Part shown: in pieces, positions 28,056-39,732 of the stretch
Layout of the letters: the number at the start of each line of letters is the position of its first letter
How positions within the stretch are numbered: the first letter of the stretch is position 1
Assembly (NCBI GenBank): GCA_964385045.1
Contig: CAYLNM010000002.1
Span: 12,867-76,866 of the forward strand
DNA from: an uncultured Isosphaeraceae bacterium
GTDB lineage: Bacteria; Planctomycetota; Phycisphaerae; Phycisphaerales; SM1A02
DNA length: 64,000 nucleotides
Direction: 5' to 3'
Notes under the pieces: model-generated
What the model saw: the letters and a program-made list of their open reading frames with translations, nothing else
Databases searched by the model: none
What the model was told of the DNA's origin: nothing
Made by a program: the position numbers and the translations under genes

Positions 28056-29195
28056 ATGCTCGATCAGCTCCTGGGCATCTTCCGGAACACGTTCTTCGAG
28101 TCGATCCGCCAGCCGATCGCGCTGGTGGTCCTCTCGATCGCGACCATCGCCCTGGTGCTCTCGAATCCGCTGTCGGCGTTCACCATGGAGAGCGACCAGC
28201 GGATGCTCGTGGACATCGGCCTCGCCACGGTCTTCCTCTGCGGCGGGCTGCTCGCCTCGTTCATCGCCACCGGCGTGCTCACGCGGGAGATCGAGAACCG
28301 CACGGCCCTCACCGTGGTGTCCAAGCCGGTGGGCCGCCCGATGTTCGTGATCGGCAAGTTCCTCGGGGTCGCGGCGGCGATGCTGCTCTGCACCCTCTTC
28401 ATGAGCCTGGTCTTCCTGCTCGTCGAGCAGCACAGCGTGCTGGAGACGGTGCGCGACCCGGTGCACGTTCCGGTGATCGTCTTCGGCGTCTCGGGCCTGC
28501 TGCTCGGCGTCGGCATCGCGACGTGGTGCAACTACTTCTACGGCATGAACTTCACGAGCACCGCGATCTGGGCGACCACCCCGCTGCTGCTCGTGGCGTT
28601 CGTGCTCAGCCTCCTGTTCCGGCCCGACTTCACCCCGCAGCCGCCCGGCCGCTCGTTCGAGCCCGACCTGATCAAGGCGATCGTGGTGATGACGATGGCG
28701 ATCATGGTGCTGGTGGCGGTGGCGGTGGCCGCCTCCGCCCGCCTCGGGCAGGTCATGACGCTGATGATCACGCTCGGCGTGTTCCTGCTCGGCCTGCTGT
28801 CCGACTGGCTCTTCGGCCGCCGGATCGAGGCGATCCGCGGCACCTGGCTGGACCGGGCCCGGTCGCAGGGGCTCACCGAGCGGCAGGAGGTCGTCCGCGA
28901 GTACACGCTCGTGACCGGGGAGGTCCAGCGCGACCCGTTCCCGGTGGAGGTCGACGTCCCCACCGTGCCGCTGGAGCAGATGGCCGAGGGGGGCGAGCGG
29001 CTGGCCATGCTCGCGTGGCAGCTCGTCTACGGGATCGTGCCCAACTTCCAGGTGCTCTGGCTCAGCGACGCTCTGACCCAGCAGCGGCTGATCCCGATGA
29101 GCTACGTCGGCGGCAGCCTGCTCTACGGGGCGACCTACGTCGTCGCCGCCCTCGCCCTCGCGGTGCTCCTGTTCCAGCGGCGCGAGGTGGGCTGA
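28056..29195 (+). CDS. ABC-2-type transporter permease (COG1277-like), no adjacent ATPase
   Basis: 379 aa and about 6 TM segments. The motif REIENRTALTVVSKPVGRPMFVIGKFLG is paralogous to the motif in 19351..21417. Confidence 0.8.
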   Translation: MLDQLLGIFRNTFFESIRQPIALVVLSIATIALVLSNPLSAFTMESDQRMLVDIGLATVFLCGGLLASFIATGVLTREIENRTALTVVSKPVGRPMFVIGKFLGVAAAMLLCTLFMSLVFLLVEQHSVLETVRDPVHVPVIVFGVSGLLLGVGIATWCNYFYGMNFTSTAIWATTPLLLVAFVLSLLFRPDFTPQPPGRSFEPDLIKAIVVMTMAIMVLVAVAVAASARLGQVMTLMITLGVFLLGLLSDWLFGRRIEAIRGTWLDRARSQGLTERQEVVREYTLVTGEVQRDPFPVEVDVPTVPLEQMAEGGERLAMLAWQLVYGIVPNFQVLWLSDALTQQRLIPMSYVGGSLLYGATYVVAALALAVLLFQRREVG

Positions 29196-29301
29196 GCCGA
29201 ACCGGGCCACCGTCGCGGCCGCGGTCCCCGCGCCTTCGCCGGTCGGCCGGCCCCCGCACCGCCCCTACCATCCGGGACCCACCCCTCCCCGGAGCCCCCC
29301 G

Positions 29302-32310
<3,009 letters not shown>

Positions 32311-32361
32311 CCGCGGCGCGCGAACGCTCCCCGGCGCGGTCCCCCCGGCGGCTCCCGCGGC

Positions 32362-33336
32362 TCACCCCCGCGGCCAGCTCGGCGGGTCCATCGGCCGCCG
32401 CCAGCGGGTCCAGATTCGTCGCCCCTCGCCCGCGATGCCGCGGTGCCGCCGGTCGAGGAGCGAGCGGAGCGCTCCGATCGTCCGGCCCGCCGTCCACGCG
32501 AGGTTGGCGGCCACGACGCCCGCCGCCCCGCCGTACCACTTGCCGAAGTACCGGCTGCGCGACTCGTAGTAGAAGCCCGGCGGCGCGGTGCGGGCGGCCA
32601 TGTCCTTCTTGACCGAGGACGAGCCGCCCCGCAGGTGGATCGCCCGCGGCCGCGGATCGTGCACCACGCGCCAGCCGGCCCGGCGGGCCGAGCGGGCGAA
32701 GTCGATGTCCTCGAAGTAGAGGAAGTAGCCCTCGTCCATGAGCCCGACCTGCTCGAAGACCGCACGGCGGACGAGCACGCAGGCGAAGCTCACCCAGTCC
32801 GCGTCGGTGGGACCGTCGGGCAGGCCCATCGGGACGACGAAGCGGCCGAGGAGCCGGTCGAGCACCCCGGTGCACGCCTGGCCGAGGGCCTCGTTGACGA
32901 GTCCGCGGAAGCGGAAGCACGAGACCTGCGGCTCGCCGTCCGGCCACTCGAGCCGCGGGCCGACGAGGCCGATCCGCGGATCCGCCTCGCCCGCGGCCAG
33001 CAGCCCGTCGAGGCAGCCGGGCCGCAGCCGCGCATCGCTGTTCAGCAGCAGGTGCCACGCCGCGTCCGCGTGCTCGATGCCGCGGTTGTTCCCCCACGAG
33101 AAGCCGCCGTTGCGCGGGCTGCGCACGAGGTCGGTCCACGCGTCCCAGCCGCGCCCGGCGAGCTCCCGCTCGAGCCGGTCGGCCGAGCCGTCGCCGGAGT
33201 CGTTGTCGACGAGGCTCACGCGGACGTCGTCGCGCCCCGCCACCTCCGGCTCGAGCGACTCGAGGCACCCGAGCGTCAGCTCGGGCTGCCGGAAGTTGAT
33301 GACGACGACGTTGACGCGGAGCATCGCGGGCGGCAC
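32362..33336 (-). CDS. Glycosyltransferase family 2
   Basis: VNVVVINFRQPELTLGCLESL......VSLVDNDSGDGS is a typical GT2 N-terminus with a DxD-like DND, followed by FYFEDIDF. Confidence 0.8.
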   Translation of the reverse strand: MPPAMLRVNVVVINFRQPELTLGCLESLEPEVAGRDDVRVSLVDNDSGDGSADRLERELAGRGWDAWTDLVRSPRNGGFSWGNNRGIEHADAAWHLLLNSDARLRPGCLDGLLAAGEADPRIGLVGPRLEWPDGEPQVSCFRFRGLVNEALGQACTGVLDRLLGRFVVPMGLPDGPTDADWVSFACVLVRRAVFEQVGLMDEGYFLYFEDIDFARSARRAGWRVVHDPRPRAIHLRGGSSSVKKDMAARTAPPGFYYESRSRYFGKWYGGAAGVVAANLAWTAGRTIGALRSLLDRRHRGIAGEGRRIWTRWRRPMDPPSWPRG

Positions 33337-33361
33337 TCCCGGGCGGGGCGCGAGGGGGGCC

Positions 33362-34354
33362 TCAGAAGGGCAGCCGGACGCCCGACCCGGAGTCCGATCC
33401 CGATTCCGCCCCGGACCCGGACCCGGACCCGGATCCGGTCCCGAGGATCGCCCGCACGAGCTGGAGGTCCGACGGCACCGTGACCTTGACGTTGGTGCTC
33501 GATCCCTCGACCACCCAGACCGCCTCTCCGAGCCGCTCGATCAGCTCCGCGTCGTCGGTGACGCCCGCGGGATCGGCCTCGGCGAAGGCCCGCCGCAGCA
33601 GGGCGACCCGGAAGACCTGCGGCGTCTGGGCCGCCCGGAGCGACGCCCGCGGCACCGTGGCCTCGACCCGCCGCACCCCGACGTCCGCCCGGCCCGCATC
33701 GCCGAGGATCGCGTCGGCCAGCAGGTCGGCGTCGCCGCCCTCACGGAGGGTCTCGGTCGCGTCCGCCACCCGCTTGAGCGTCTCCCGGATCGGCACCGCG
33801 GGAATCACCGCGTCGCGGTGGCGGGCCGCGGCGAGCACGCGGTCGAGAAGGCCCGCGTCCACCGCGGGCCGGGCCGCGTCGTGCACCGCCACGTGCGTGG
33901 CCTCCGCCGGCACCGCCTCGAGCGCGGACCGCACGGTCTCCCAGCGGTGCTCGCGTCCGCCGTCGACCACCGTCGCCCCGAGGAACCCGAGGGTGGGGCC
34001 GAAGCGATCGCGGAACGCCGCGCCCTCGGCGGTGTCGGCCGGCGGCCCCGCGACCACGATCCCGCGGACCTCGTCCCGCCGGCTCAGGGCCTCGACGGTG
34101 CGGACGAGCAGCGGCCGTCCGCCGAGGTCCTCGGCCAGCTTGTCCCGGTCGCCGAAGCGGGCGCTGCGCCCGGCCGCCGGGACGACGGCCCACACCGCGA
34201 GCTCCGCGGAGTCGTCGTCGGTCGCAAGGGGATCGTGCACGGGTGGCGTCTCCGGTCTCGGCAGCTCCCGCGGGGCGCTGCGCGATCTCGATCGTACCGC
34301 GGGCCGGGCGGGTCGCGGGGCCCCGGCCGAGCCCGTCCGACGCCGCCGCGGCAT
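33362..34354 (-). CDS. ispD: 2-C-methyl-D-erythritol 4-phosphate cytidylyltransferase
   Basis: VVPAAGRSARFG..DKL...LGGRPLL..TVEAL, VHDAARP, QTPQVFR and TNVKVTVPSDL. A GTG at 34240 is an alternative, more typical start. The C-terminus is a Gly-Ser repeat tail. Confidence 0.85.
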   Translation of the reverse strand: MPRRRRTGSAGAPRPARPAVRSRSRSAPRELPRPETPPVHDPLATDDDSAELAVWAVVPAAGRSARFGDRDKLAEDLGGRPLLVRTVEALSRRDEVRGIVVAGPPADTAEGAAFRDRFGPTLGFLGATVVDGGREHRWETVRSALEAVPAEATHVAVHDAARPAVDAGLLDRVLAAARHRDAVIPAVPIRETLKRVADATETLREGGDADLLADAILGDAGRADVGVRRVEATVPRASLRAAQTPQVFRVALLRRAFAEADPAGVTDDAELIERLGEAVWVVEGSSTNVKVTVPSDLQLVRAILGTGSGSGSGSGAESGSDSGSGVRLPF

Positions 34355-34397
34355 CCCCCGGCGTCACGGCGTCACGGCGTCACGGCGAACCCGCGAC

Positions 34398-35900
34398 TCA
34401 GGCCGCGACCGCGCGCTGCACGAGCCGCGTCAGGTCCAGCAGCGGGCGCGGGTCGGCTCCGCGGACCCGGACCACCGGCTCCCCCCGATCGTCGGCGAGG
34501 ATCTCGATTGGCCCCCGCTGGTCCTCCTCGAACTCGTACTCGCGTCCGCGCACGCCCACGATCGCGCGGTGGTGGATGCGGCGCTCGATCCGCAGGCAGA
34601 TGCGCCGGCCGTGCTTGATCCGCCGCAGGAGCTCGAGGTCCTTCCGCTGCATCGCCTCGTGCCGGAGGCGGCGGCCGCGCTGGGCCGCCCGGAGCTCCTC
34701 GAGCTCGTCGTCGGGCACCCCGCTCGCGGCCAGCGACTCGATGCGGGCGTCCTCCGACGCGATCTCGCGCTCGAGCTCGCGCGCCATCTCGCGGAGCCGG
34801 CGCACCGCCCGGGTCTCCAGGGGCACCTCGCCGAGGACGAGCCGGGTCGGTGCCCCGGCTCCCGAGCCGAAGACGGACGCCCGCACGCGGCCCGTCACCA
34901 CGCTCGTGCCGCCCACGATCGCCCCACGATCCACGAGCAGGTCGCCGCCGACGACCAGCTCGGACTCGATGAGCTCGCGCCGGCAGGTGAGCGTGCCCCG
35001 GATCCGGCCCCGAGCCTGGTTGAGGTAGCTGACCTCGCAGTCGCCGTCGACCACGAGCATGCCGCGCTCCTTGGCCGCCATGCCGCTGTGGCAGTAGAGA
35101 TCGCCGCCGATCAGCAGGGTCGCCGACTCGATCAGGCCGCCGATCGACGTGTCGCCGGTGCACCGCACGGTGAACCGGTCCTTCACGCCCCCGCGTATCA
35201 GCAGGGCCCCCCCGAAGTCGACGTTGCCGGTGGAGAAGTCGACGTCGTTCGAGATCTCGAGGACCGGATCGATCCAGGCCCGGACCGCGTCCACCGCGAC
35301 CCGGCCCGCCGCCCGGGCCCGGACCACGCCGCCCTCCGCGATCTCGAGGGTCGCCTCGTCGAGCTCCAGCGTCATGTCCCGGCCGTCGCGGGCGGGCAGC
35401 TCCTCGCCGGTCACGGTCCGGCCGGGCACCCCGTCGGTCGGCCGCCGGATGCGCCCGACCGCCTCGCCGACCTCCACCGTCCTGAGGTCACCCCCCGCGT
35501 AGTGATCGACCGATCCGTCGCCCTCGCCCCCGCCCTCGCCGTCATCACCGGCGTCCGCGGCCCCCTCGGCCGCATCGTGCTCGTCGCCGACGTCCGGCAG
35601 CGCCGTCAGCACCGACTTCGGCACCAGCCCCGGCTCCCAGCGGACGTGCATGTCGGCGCCGTGGCGGGGCGGCCGGCCCTCGGCGATCACGGCCTCGAAC
35701 GGCATCGGGCCCGGCTCGAAGCCCTCGAGCACGTCGGCGATCCGGCGCTCGACGTCCTCGTCCGGCACCACGCCCCGCTGGGCCGCGTGGGCGAGGATCG
35801 TGCCGGCGGTGACACCGGCGCCCTGGCCCGGGCGGAACACCAGGACCGCGCTCATGCGGTCCCTGGCCAGCCGAACGTCGAATCCCTGGGCTCCCGACAT
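34398..35900 (-). CDS. DUF342/FapA-family protein
   Basis: ATG at 35900. Beta-helix-like repeats (NVDFGGALLIRGGVKDRFTVRCTGDTSIGGLIESATLLIGGDLYCHSGM...) are followed by a coiled coil and a C-terminal ...RIHHRAIVGVRG.EYEF domain, as in FapA/DUF342 proteins. Confidence 0.7.
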   Translation of the reverse strand: MSGAQGFDVRLARDRMSAVLVFRPGQGAGVTAGTILAHAAQRGVVPDEDVERRIADVLEGFEPGPMPFEAVIAEGRPPRHGADMHVRWEPGLVPKSVLTALPDVGDEHDAAEGAADAGDDGEGGGEGDGSVDHYAGGDLRTVEVGEAVGRIRRPTDGVPGRTVTGEELPARDGRDMTLELDEATLEIAEGGVVRARAAGRVAVDAVRAWIDPVLEISNDVDFSTGNVDFGGALLIRGGVKDRFTVRCTGDTSIGGLIESATLLIGGDLYCHSGMAAKERGMLVVDGDCEVSYLNQARGRIRGTLTCRRELIESELVVGGDLLVDRGAIVGGTSVVTGRVRASVFGSGAGAPTRLVLGEVPLETRAVRRLREMARELEREIASEDARIESLAASGVPDDELEELRAAQRGRRLRHEAMQRKDLELLRRIKHGRRICLRIERRIHHRAIVGVRGREYEFEEDQRGPIEILADDRGEPVVRVRGADPRPLLDLTRLVQRAVAA

Positions 35901-36087
35901 GCCCCACCCGTTCCCGCGCGACCGCGGCGACGGGCTCGACACCCGCCGTCGCTGCGTCATCGACTCGTGGCCCGGATCCGCCGCGTCGCCGCCCTTCCCC
36001 GACGGCGACCGTCCCGCCCGCGCGGGACGAGGCGGACCCATGCCCCGGAGCCCCCCGGCTCCGAGGCGGTCCCCCGGACGGCGCCCC

Positions 36088-36459
36088 TCAGGCGGCCTTC
36101 ATCTTCGACACGGTCTCCTGGACGCGCTGGCCCAGGGTCTCCGGCGTGAACGGCTTGACGATGTAGTTCGTCACGCCGGCCTTGATCGCCTCGACGACCC
36201 GCGACTTCTCGCTCTCGGTGGTGACCATGATCACCGGCTGCTTCATGCCCTTCTGACGGATCGTCCGGACGAAGGTGATCCCGTCCATGTTGGGCATGTT
36301 CCAGTCGACCAGCAGGAGATCGGGCCGGAAGGCGGTGACCTTGCTCAGGGCGTCCTGCCCGTCGCACGCCTCCTCGATCTCGGAGTACCCGAGCTGCCCG
36401 AGGATGTTCCGCTGGATGTTCCGCATGGTCTTCGAGTCATCGACCAGCATGATGCGCAT
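36088..36459 (-). CDS. cheY: CheY-like single-domain response regulator
   Basis: MRIMLVDDSKTMR...DLLLVDWNMPNMDG...MVTTES.......AGV..YIVKPF gives the full receiver domain, with the phospho-acceptor Asp in LVDWNMP. Confidence 0.92.
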   Translation of the reverse strand: MRIMLVDDSKTMRNIQRNILGQLGYSEIEEACDGQDALSKVTAFRPDLLLVDWNMPNMDGITFVRTIRQKGMKQPVIMVTTESEKSRVVEAIKAGVTNYIVKPFTPETLGQRVQETVSKMKAA

Positions 36460-36476
36460 CGCTTCGCTCCCCTGGC

Positions 36477-36986
36477 TCAGGCCGAGGCCGTGTCGGTGCT
36501 CGACGCCGCCGGATCGGAGGCGCCCTCGCCGACCTTCATCGCGACCTCGACGGAGAACCCGCCGAACTCGCTGTCGCACGGGATCCGGACGCAGAAGGCG
36601 TCGGACATCGACTGCACGGTGTGGTTGGTCCCCACGACCACCGACGGCACGCTGATGCGGACGTCGTGGCCCTCGAACTGGGCCTTGGCCGAGCCCGAGA
36701 CCATGTTCACCAGCTCGCCGACCGCATCCGCGAAGTCCTCGCTGTCGGTCGGCATCGCCATCCCCACGAACCGCTCGACGACCTTGTCGGCGGTGGCCAT
36801 CGGGAAGGCGAGCACGACGCATCCGGTCACGTCGCCCGAGAGCCCGATGATCCCCGACACGTCGGTCTTCCTCGACGGGATGTCCGAGGCCCGCTGCGGC
36901 ATCGCGCAGGTCACGGGCAGCTGGAGCATCATCGAGAAGACCGACTTGGTGGAATCCACGAAGGGCGTGATGAACTTCGAGTCCAT
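36477..36986 (-). CDS. cheX: CheX/CheC-family chemotaxis phosphatase-like protein
   Basis: FI.PFVDSTKSVFSMM, VSGIIGLSGDVTGCVVLAFP and DAVGELVNMVSGSAK match the CheX pattern. Its stop lies 17 nt upstream of the cheY start. Confidence 0.75.
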   Translation of the reverse strand: MDSKFITPFVDSTKSVFSMMLQLPVTCAMPQRASDIPSRKTDVSGIIGLSGDVTGCVVLAFPMATADKVVERFVGMAMPTDSEDFADAVGELVNMVSGSAKAQFEGHDVRISVPSVVVGTNHTVQSMSDAFCVRIPCDSEFGGFSVEVAMKVGEGASDPAASSTDTASA

Positions 36987-37323
36987 GCGCTTGCCTCCCC
37001 CCGAGCGGTGGCGGTCGGCTCGGCGTCCCGGGCGGACGCCGACGGCCGAGCCGTGGGTGCGACCCGGGCATCGGCCGCCGGAGCGGACGACTTGCCCGTC
37101 GGTTCCGCCGCGGGCGACCTCCGGGGGGCGCGGGACCTCCGGCGCAGCGGCGTGGGAGGACCTCGCGGATCACGCGGGCACGTCCGAGTCGGTGCGCCGA
37201 CGCACCGCGGCCGCGCCGCGTCCGGAAACGCGGGGCGGCCCGGGCCGGCGGATCGGGGAGGCGACCGGACGGGGCCGGGGGGTGGCGAGGCGACGGCGCC
37301 GGGCGACCCCGGGGCGGGAGGTC

Positions 37324-38544
37324 TCAGCGCCGCAGGTCGGCGGCCACCGTCGCCGGGTCGGCGGCCTGGACGACCACCGGCATGAACTGCGAGCTCCGGG
37401 GATCCTCGCCGTGGACGGTGAGACGGCCGTAGACGAGGCCGCGGGCATCGTCGGCGAGCGTGACGCGGATCGTCGCCACCGTCACGTCGCCCTCGCGGAC
37501 GACGTCCACCAGCTCGGCGTCGAAGCGGTCGTCGTCCTCGCTCACGCGGGCGATCGTGTCGTTCACGACCGCGTCGCGGAGCCACTTCATCTCGACGTCG
37601 AACTCCCGCGCGGTGCCGGCCGGCATCCGGCCGAGCACGACGTGGTTGCGGGAGAGGAACCACCGTCGCGGGGTGCCCCGCCGGGGCGCGTCGAGCCGGG
37701 TGCACGGATCGTGACGCACCCGCAGATCGACGAGCGGAGCCCCCGGATGATCGGTCTCGATGACCCACCACAGCGGCATCGGCTCGCCGTCCTCGTTCAG
37801 GCAGGTCTCGGGGTCGTAGTCCTCGACGTTCCAGACCAGCAGGTACTCGGACCTCGGTCCGTCCCGATCGGGATCGTGGTCGAAGGCGTAGATCGGCTCC
37901 TCGCCGTGGGCGGACAGGATGCGGAACGGGCGGCCGTCGATCGACCGGATCTTCACCACGCCATAGGCCACGTCGAGGGCGCTGATGAAGGTGGGCTCGG
38001 CCTCGACCGACCGCGACGCGCGGAAGAGCAGCTCCACCGTTGCGGTGCTGCGGTCGCTGAAGACGAACCGCACCTGGTTGCGGGCGAGGCCGGTGATGCC
38101 GCCCGTCTCGACCGTCACGCGGGCCTCGGCGGTCTCTCCGGGGGCGATCTCGGTGCCGCTGAGGTCGTCGAGGGCGGTGCACTGGCAGGACGGCCGCATC
38201 GCGAGGACGCGGATCGTCTCGGCCGAGGTGTTGGACACCCGGATCACGCCCTCGACCAGCTGCTCGAGGCCCACGCGGCCCCAGTCGAGGACCACGGGCT
38301 GCCCGGCCACGGGCAGGCGGAGCTCGGCCACGAGCGGGTCCGGCGCGACGTCCTCGGGCCCGGGACCCCCGCCCTGACCGGGGCCGCCGTCCATGGGCTG
38401 GGGGGCGGGGTCCGGGGCGGCGGCCGCAGTCTCCGCGGCGGTGGCCGGGGTGGCGCTCTCCGCGGCGGCGGCGGCGAGGAGGAGCGCGGCGAGGAGGAGC
38501 GCGGCGAGGGCGATCGGGGCGACGGCGAGCGGTCGGATCCGCAT
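37324..38544 (-). CDS. Secreted DUF1573-like protein with additional C-terminal domain(s)
   Basis: ATG at 38544 gives the signal peptide MRIRPLAVAPIALAALLLAALLLAAAAA. The DUF1573-like module is LDWGRV....VEGVIRVSNTS...IRVLAMRPSCQCT, followed by about 250 aa of unknown sequence. Confidence 0.7.
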   Translation of the reverse strand: MRIRPLAVAPIALAALLLAALLLAAAAAESATPATAAETAAAAPDPAPQPMDGGPGQGGGPGPEDVAPDPLVAELRLPVAGQPVVLDWGRVGLEQLVEGVIRVSNTSAETIRVLAMRPSCQCTALDDLSGTEIAPGETAEARVTVETGGITGLARNQVRFVFSDRSTATVELLFRASRSVEAEPTFISALDVAYGVVKIRSIDGRPFRILSAHGEEPIYAFDHDPDRDGPRSEYLLVWNVEDYDPETCLNEDGEPMPLWWVIETDHPGAPLVDLRVRHDPCTRLDAPRRGTPRRWFLSRNHVVLGRMPAGTAREFDVEMKWLRDAVVNDTIARVSEDDDRFDAELVDVVREGDVTVATIRVTLADDARGLVYGRLTVHGEDPRSSQFMPVVVQAADPATVAADLRR

Positions 38545-38656
38545 CGGGCTGGGGTCTCCGCGAAGGGGCGATCGGGTCCGGACGAAGCCGGATGCGGCTC
38601 GCGGCCGTTGCCGGGGCCACGGCCAGGTCACGGCGAGGCGGCGAACCGAACGGGGC

Positions 38657-38662
38657 AGTCTA
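38657..38662 (-). promoter_or_regulatory. Candidate -10 hexamer TAGACT upstream of the DUF1573-like gene
   Basis: The minus strand reads ccgaaTAGACTgccccg, 113 nt upstream of the ATG at 38544. Confidence 0.35.
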
Positions 38663-38796
38663 TTCGGACCGGGGCTCCGCCGGGATCCCCGAATGTGGCG
38701 GCCCCGAGCGGCCGATCCGCGAGTGTCTCTCGGGGGGACCCCCCGCCCGGACCGATCCCCCCGCGGGGCACCACCGCTCCTCGGGAGATCGACGCC

Positions 38797-39498
38797 ATGA
38801 TGGACGTGACGGGACTGATCGCGACGCTGCGGGACGACGCGGAGCTCGAGCCGGTGCGGGAGGCGCTCGCCGCCTGGGGGGACGACGTGGACCCGGCGAT
38901 CGTCGAGTCGACGCTCCACTGGATCCGCTCGGTCCGGCGCGAGCTCGCCAACCTGCTCGAGCTCGTCACGGATCCGGACGACGCCCGGATGATGTGCGCC
39001 GTGAAGCACATGGAGTTCAAGGCGCACTGGATCATGCTCAACACGCGGACCAACTACGGCCTCATGGCCGGCCGCGGCTTCGACCAACGGGACGCCTTCC
39101 GAGGCACCGCGCTGAGCGGCCTCGTCGACCTGCTCGAGTCGATCCTGCCCGAGCGGCACGTCGAGGCCTTCCACGCCGTGCTCTCCGAGCCGCTCGAGCG
39201 GAAGGTCTGCCGCGTCGTCGACCGCGAGCTCGACGCCCGCGAAGACGCGGTCGAGGGGGTCCGCAGCTCGGCCGAGCGGGCGGCCGAGGCCGCGGCGGCG
39301 GCCGAGACGGCGCTGGCCGAGGCGGCCCGCGTCACCGAGCTGGCCCGGCGGGCGGCCGAGGCGGCGATGCAGGCGTCCAGGGCCGAGGCGGCGGCGACCG
39401 AGGCGACGGGCGACGGGTCGGACGCCGGGACGATCGGAGCGGACGCCTCCGACCCCGCCGAAGACGCGACGCGGGCGGCGACCGACGCGGCGGCCTGA
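38797..39498 (+). CDS. Hypothetical protein (helical N-domain, Ala/Glu-rich tail)
   Basis: Tandem ATG ATG at 38797. The 233-aa ORF is GC3-rich and has no motif I recognise. The listed ORF 35650..39498 is this frame extended upstream through shadow sequence. Confidence 0.55.
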   Translation: MMDVTGLIATLRDDAELEPVREALAAWGDDVDPAIVESTLHWIRSVRRELANLLELVTDPDDARMMCAVKHMEFKAHWIMLNTRTNYGLMAGRGFDQRDAFRGTALSGLVDLLESILPERHVEAFHAVLSEPLERKVCRVVDRELDAREDAVEGVRSSAERAAEAAAAAETALAEAARVTELARRAAEAAMQASRAEAAATEATGDGSDAGTIGADASDPAEDATRAATDAAA

Positions 39499-39553
39499 CC
39501 GCACACGCGGGGCTCCCCCGGCGCGTCGCGCCGCGACGCCGGGGCACCACCGG

Positions 39554-39559
39554 TAGACT
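39554..39559 (+). promoter_or_regulatory. Candidate -10 hexamer TAGACT of the tRNA-Leu promoter
   Basis: ccggTAGACTgcggatccac ends 10 nt before the first tRNA nucleotide (39570). That is the spacing expected if transcription starts a few nt upstream of the mature 5' end. Confidence 0.55.
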
Positions 39560-39569
39560 GCGGATCCAC

Positions 39570-39653
39570 GCCGGAGTGGCGGAATCGGCAGACGCGGCGG
39601 ATTCAAAATCCGCTGGCCGCAAGGCCATGAGGGTTCGAGTCCCTCCTCCGGCA
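39570..39653 (+). tRNA. tRNA-Leu (anticodon CAA)
   Basis: Manual fold gives acceptor GCCGGAG/CTCCGGC with discriminator A. The anticodon stem is GCGGA/TCCGC with loop TTCAAAA. A long variable arm (GGCC-gcaa-GGCC) marks it as class II. The T-arm is GAGGG-TTCGAGT-CCCTC. CCA is not encoded. Confidence 0.93.
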
Positions 39654-39732
39654 GTCCCGGCTCCGTGCGGGCGGCGTGCCGGCCGCGCCCCGGCCGCGCC
39701 GCTCGCCGCGATCCCGGGCCGGAGGCCCCCGC

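Noticed and set aside
35650-38796. Upstream parts of the long ORFs 35650..39498 (+) and 37324..40512 (-).
   Set aside because: Only the terminal segments have signal peptides or coherent sequence (38797..39498 and 37324..38544). The extensions run antisense through DUF342, cheY and cheX, or across the tRNA gene.
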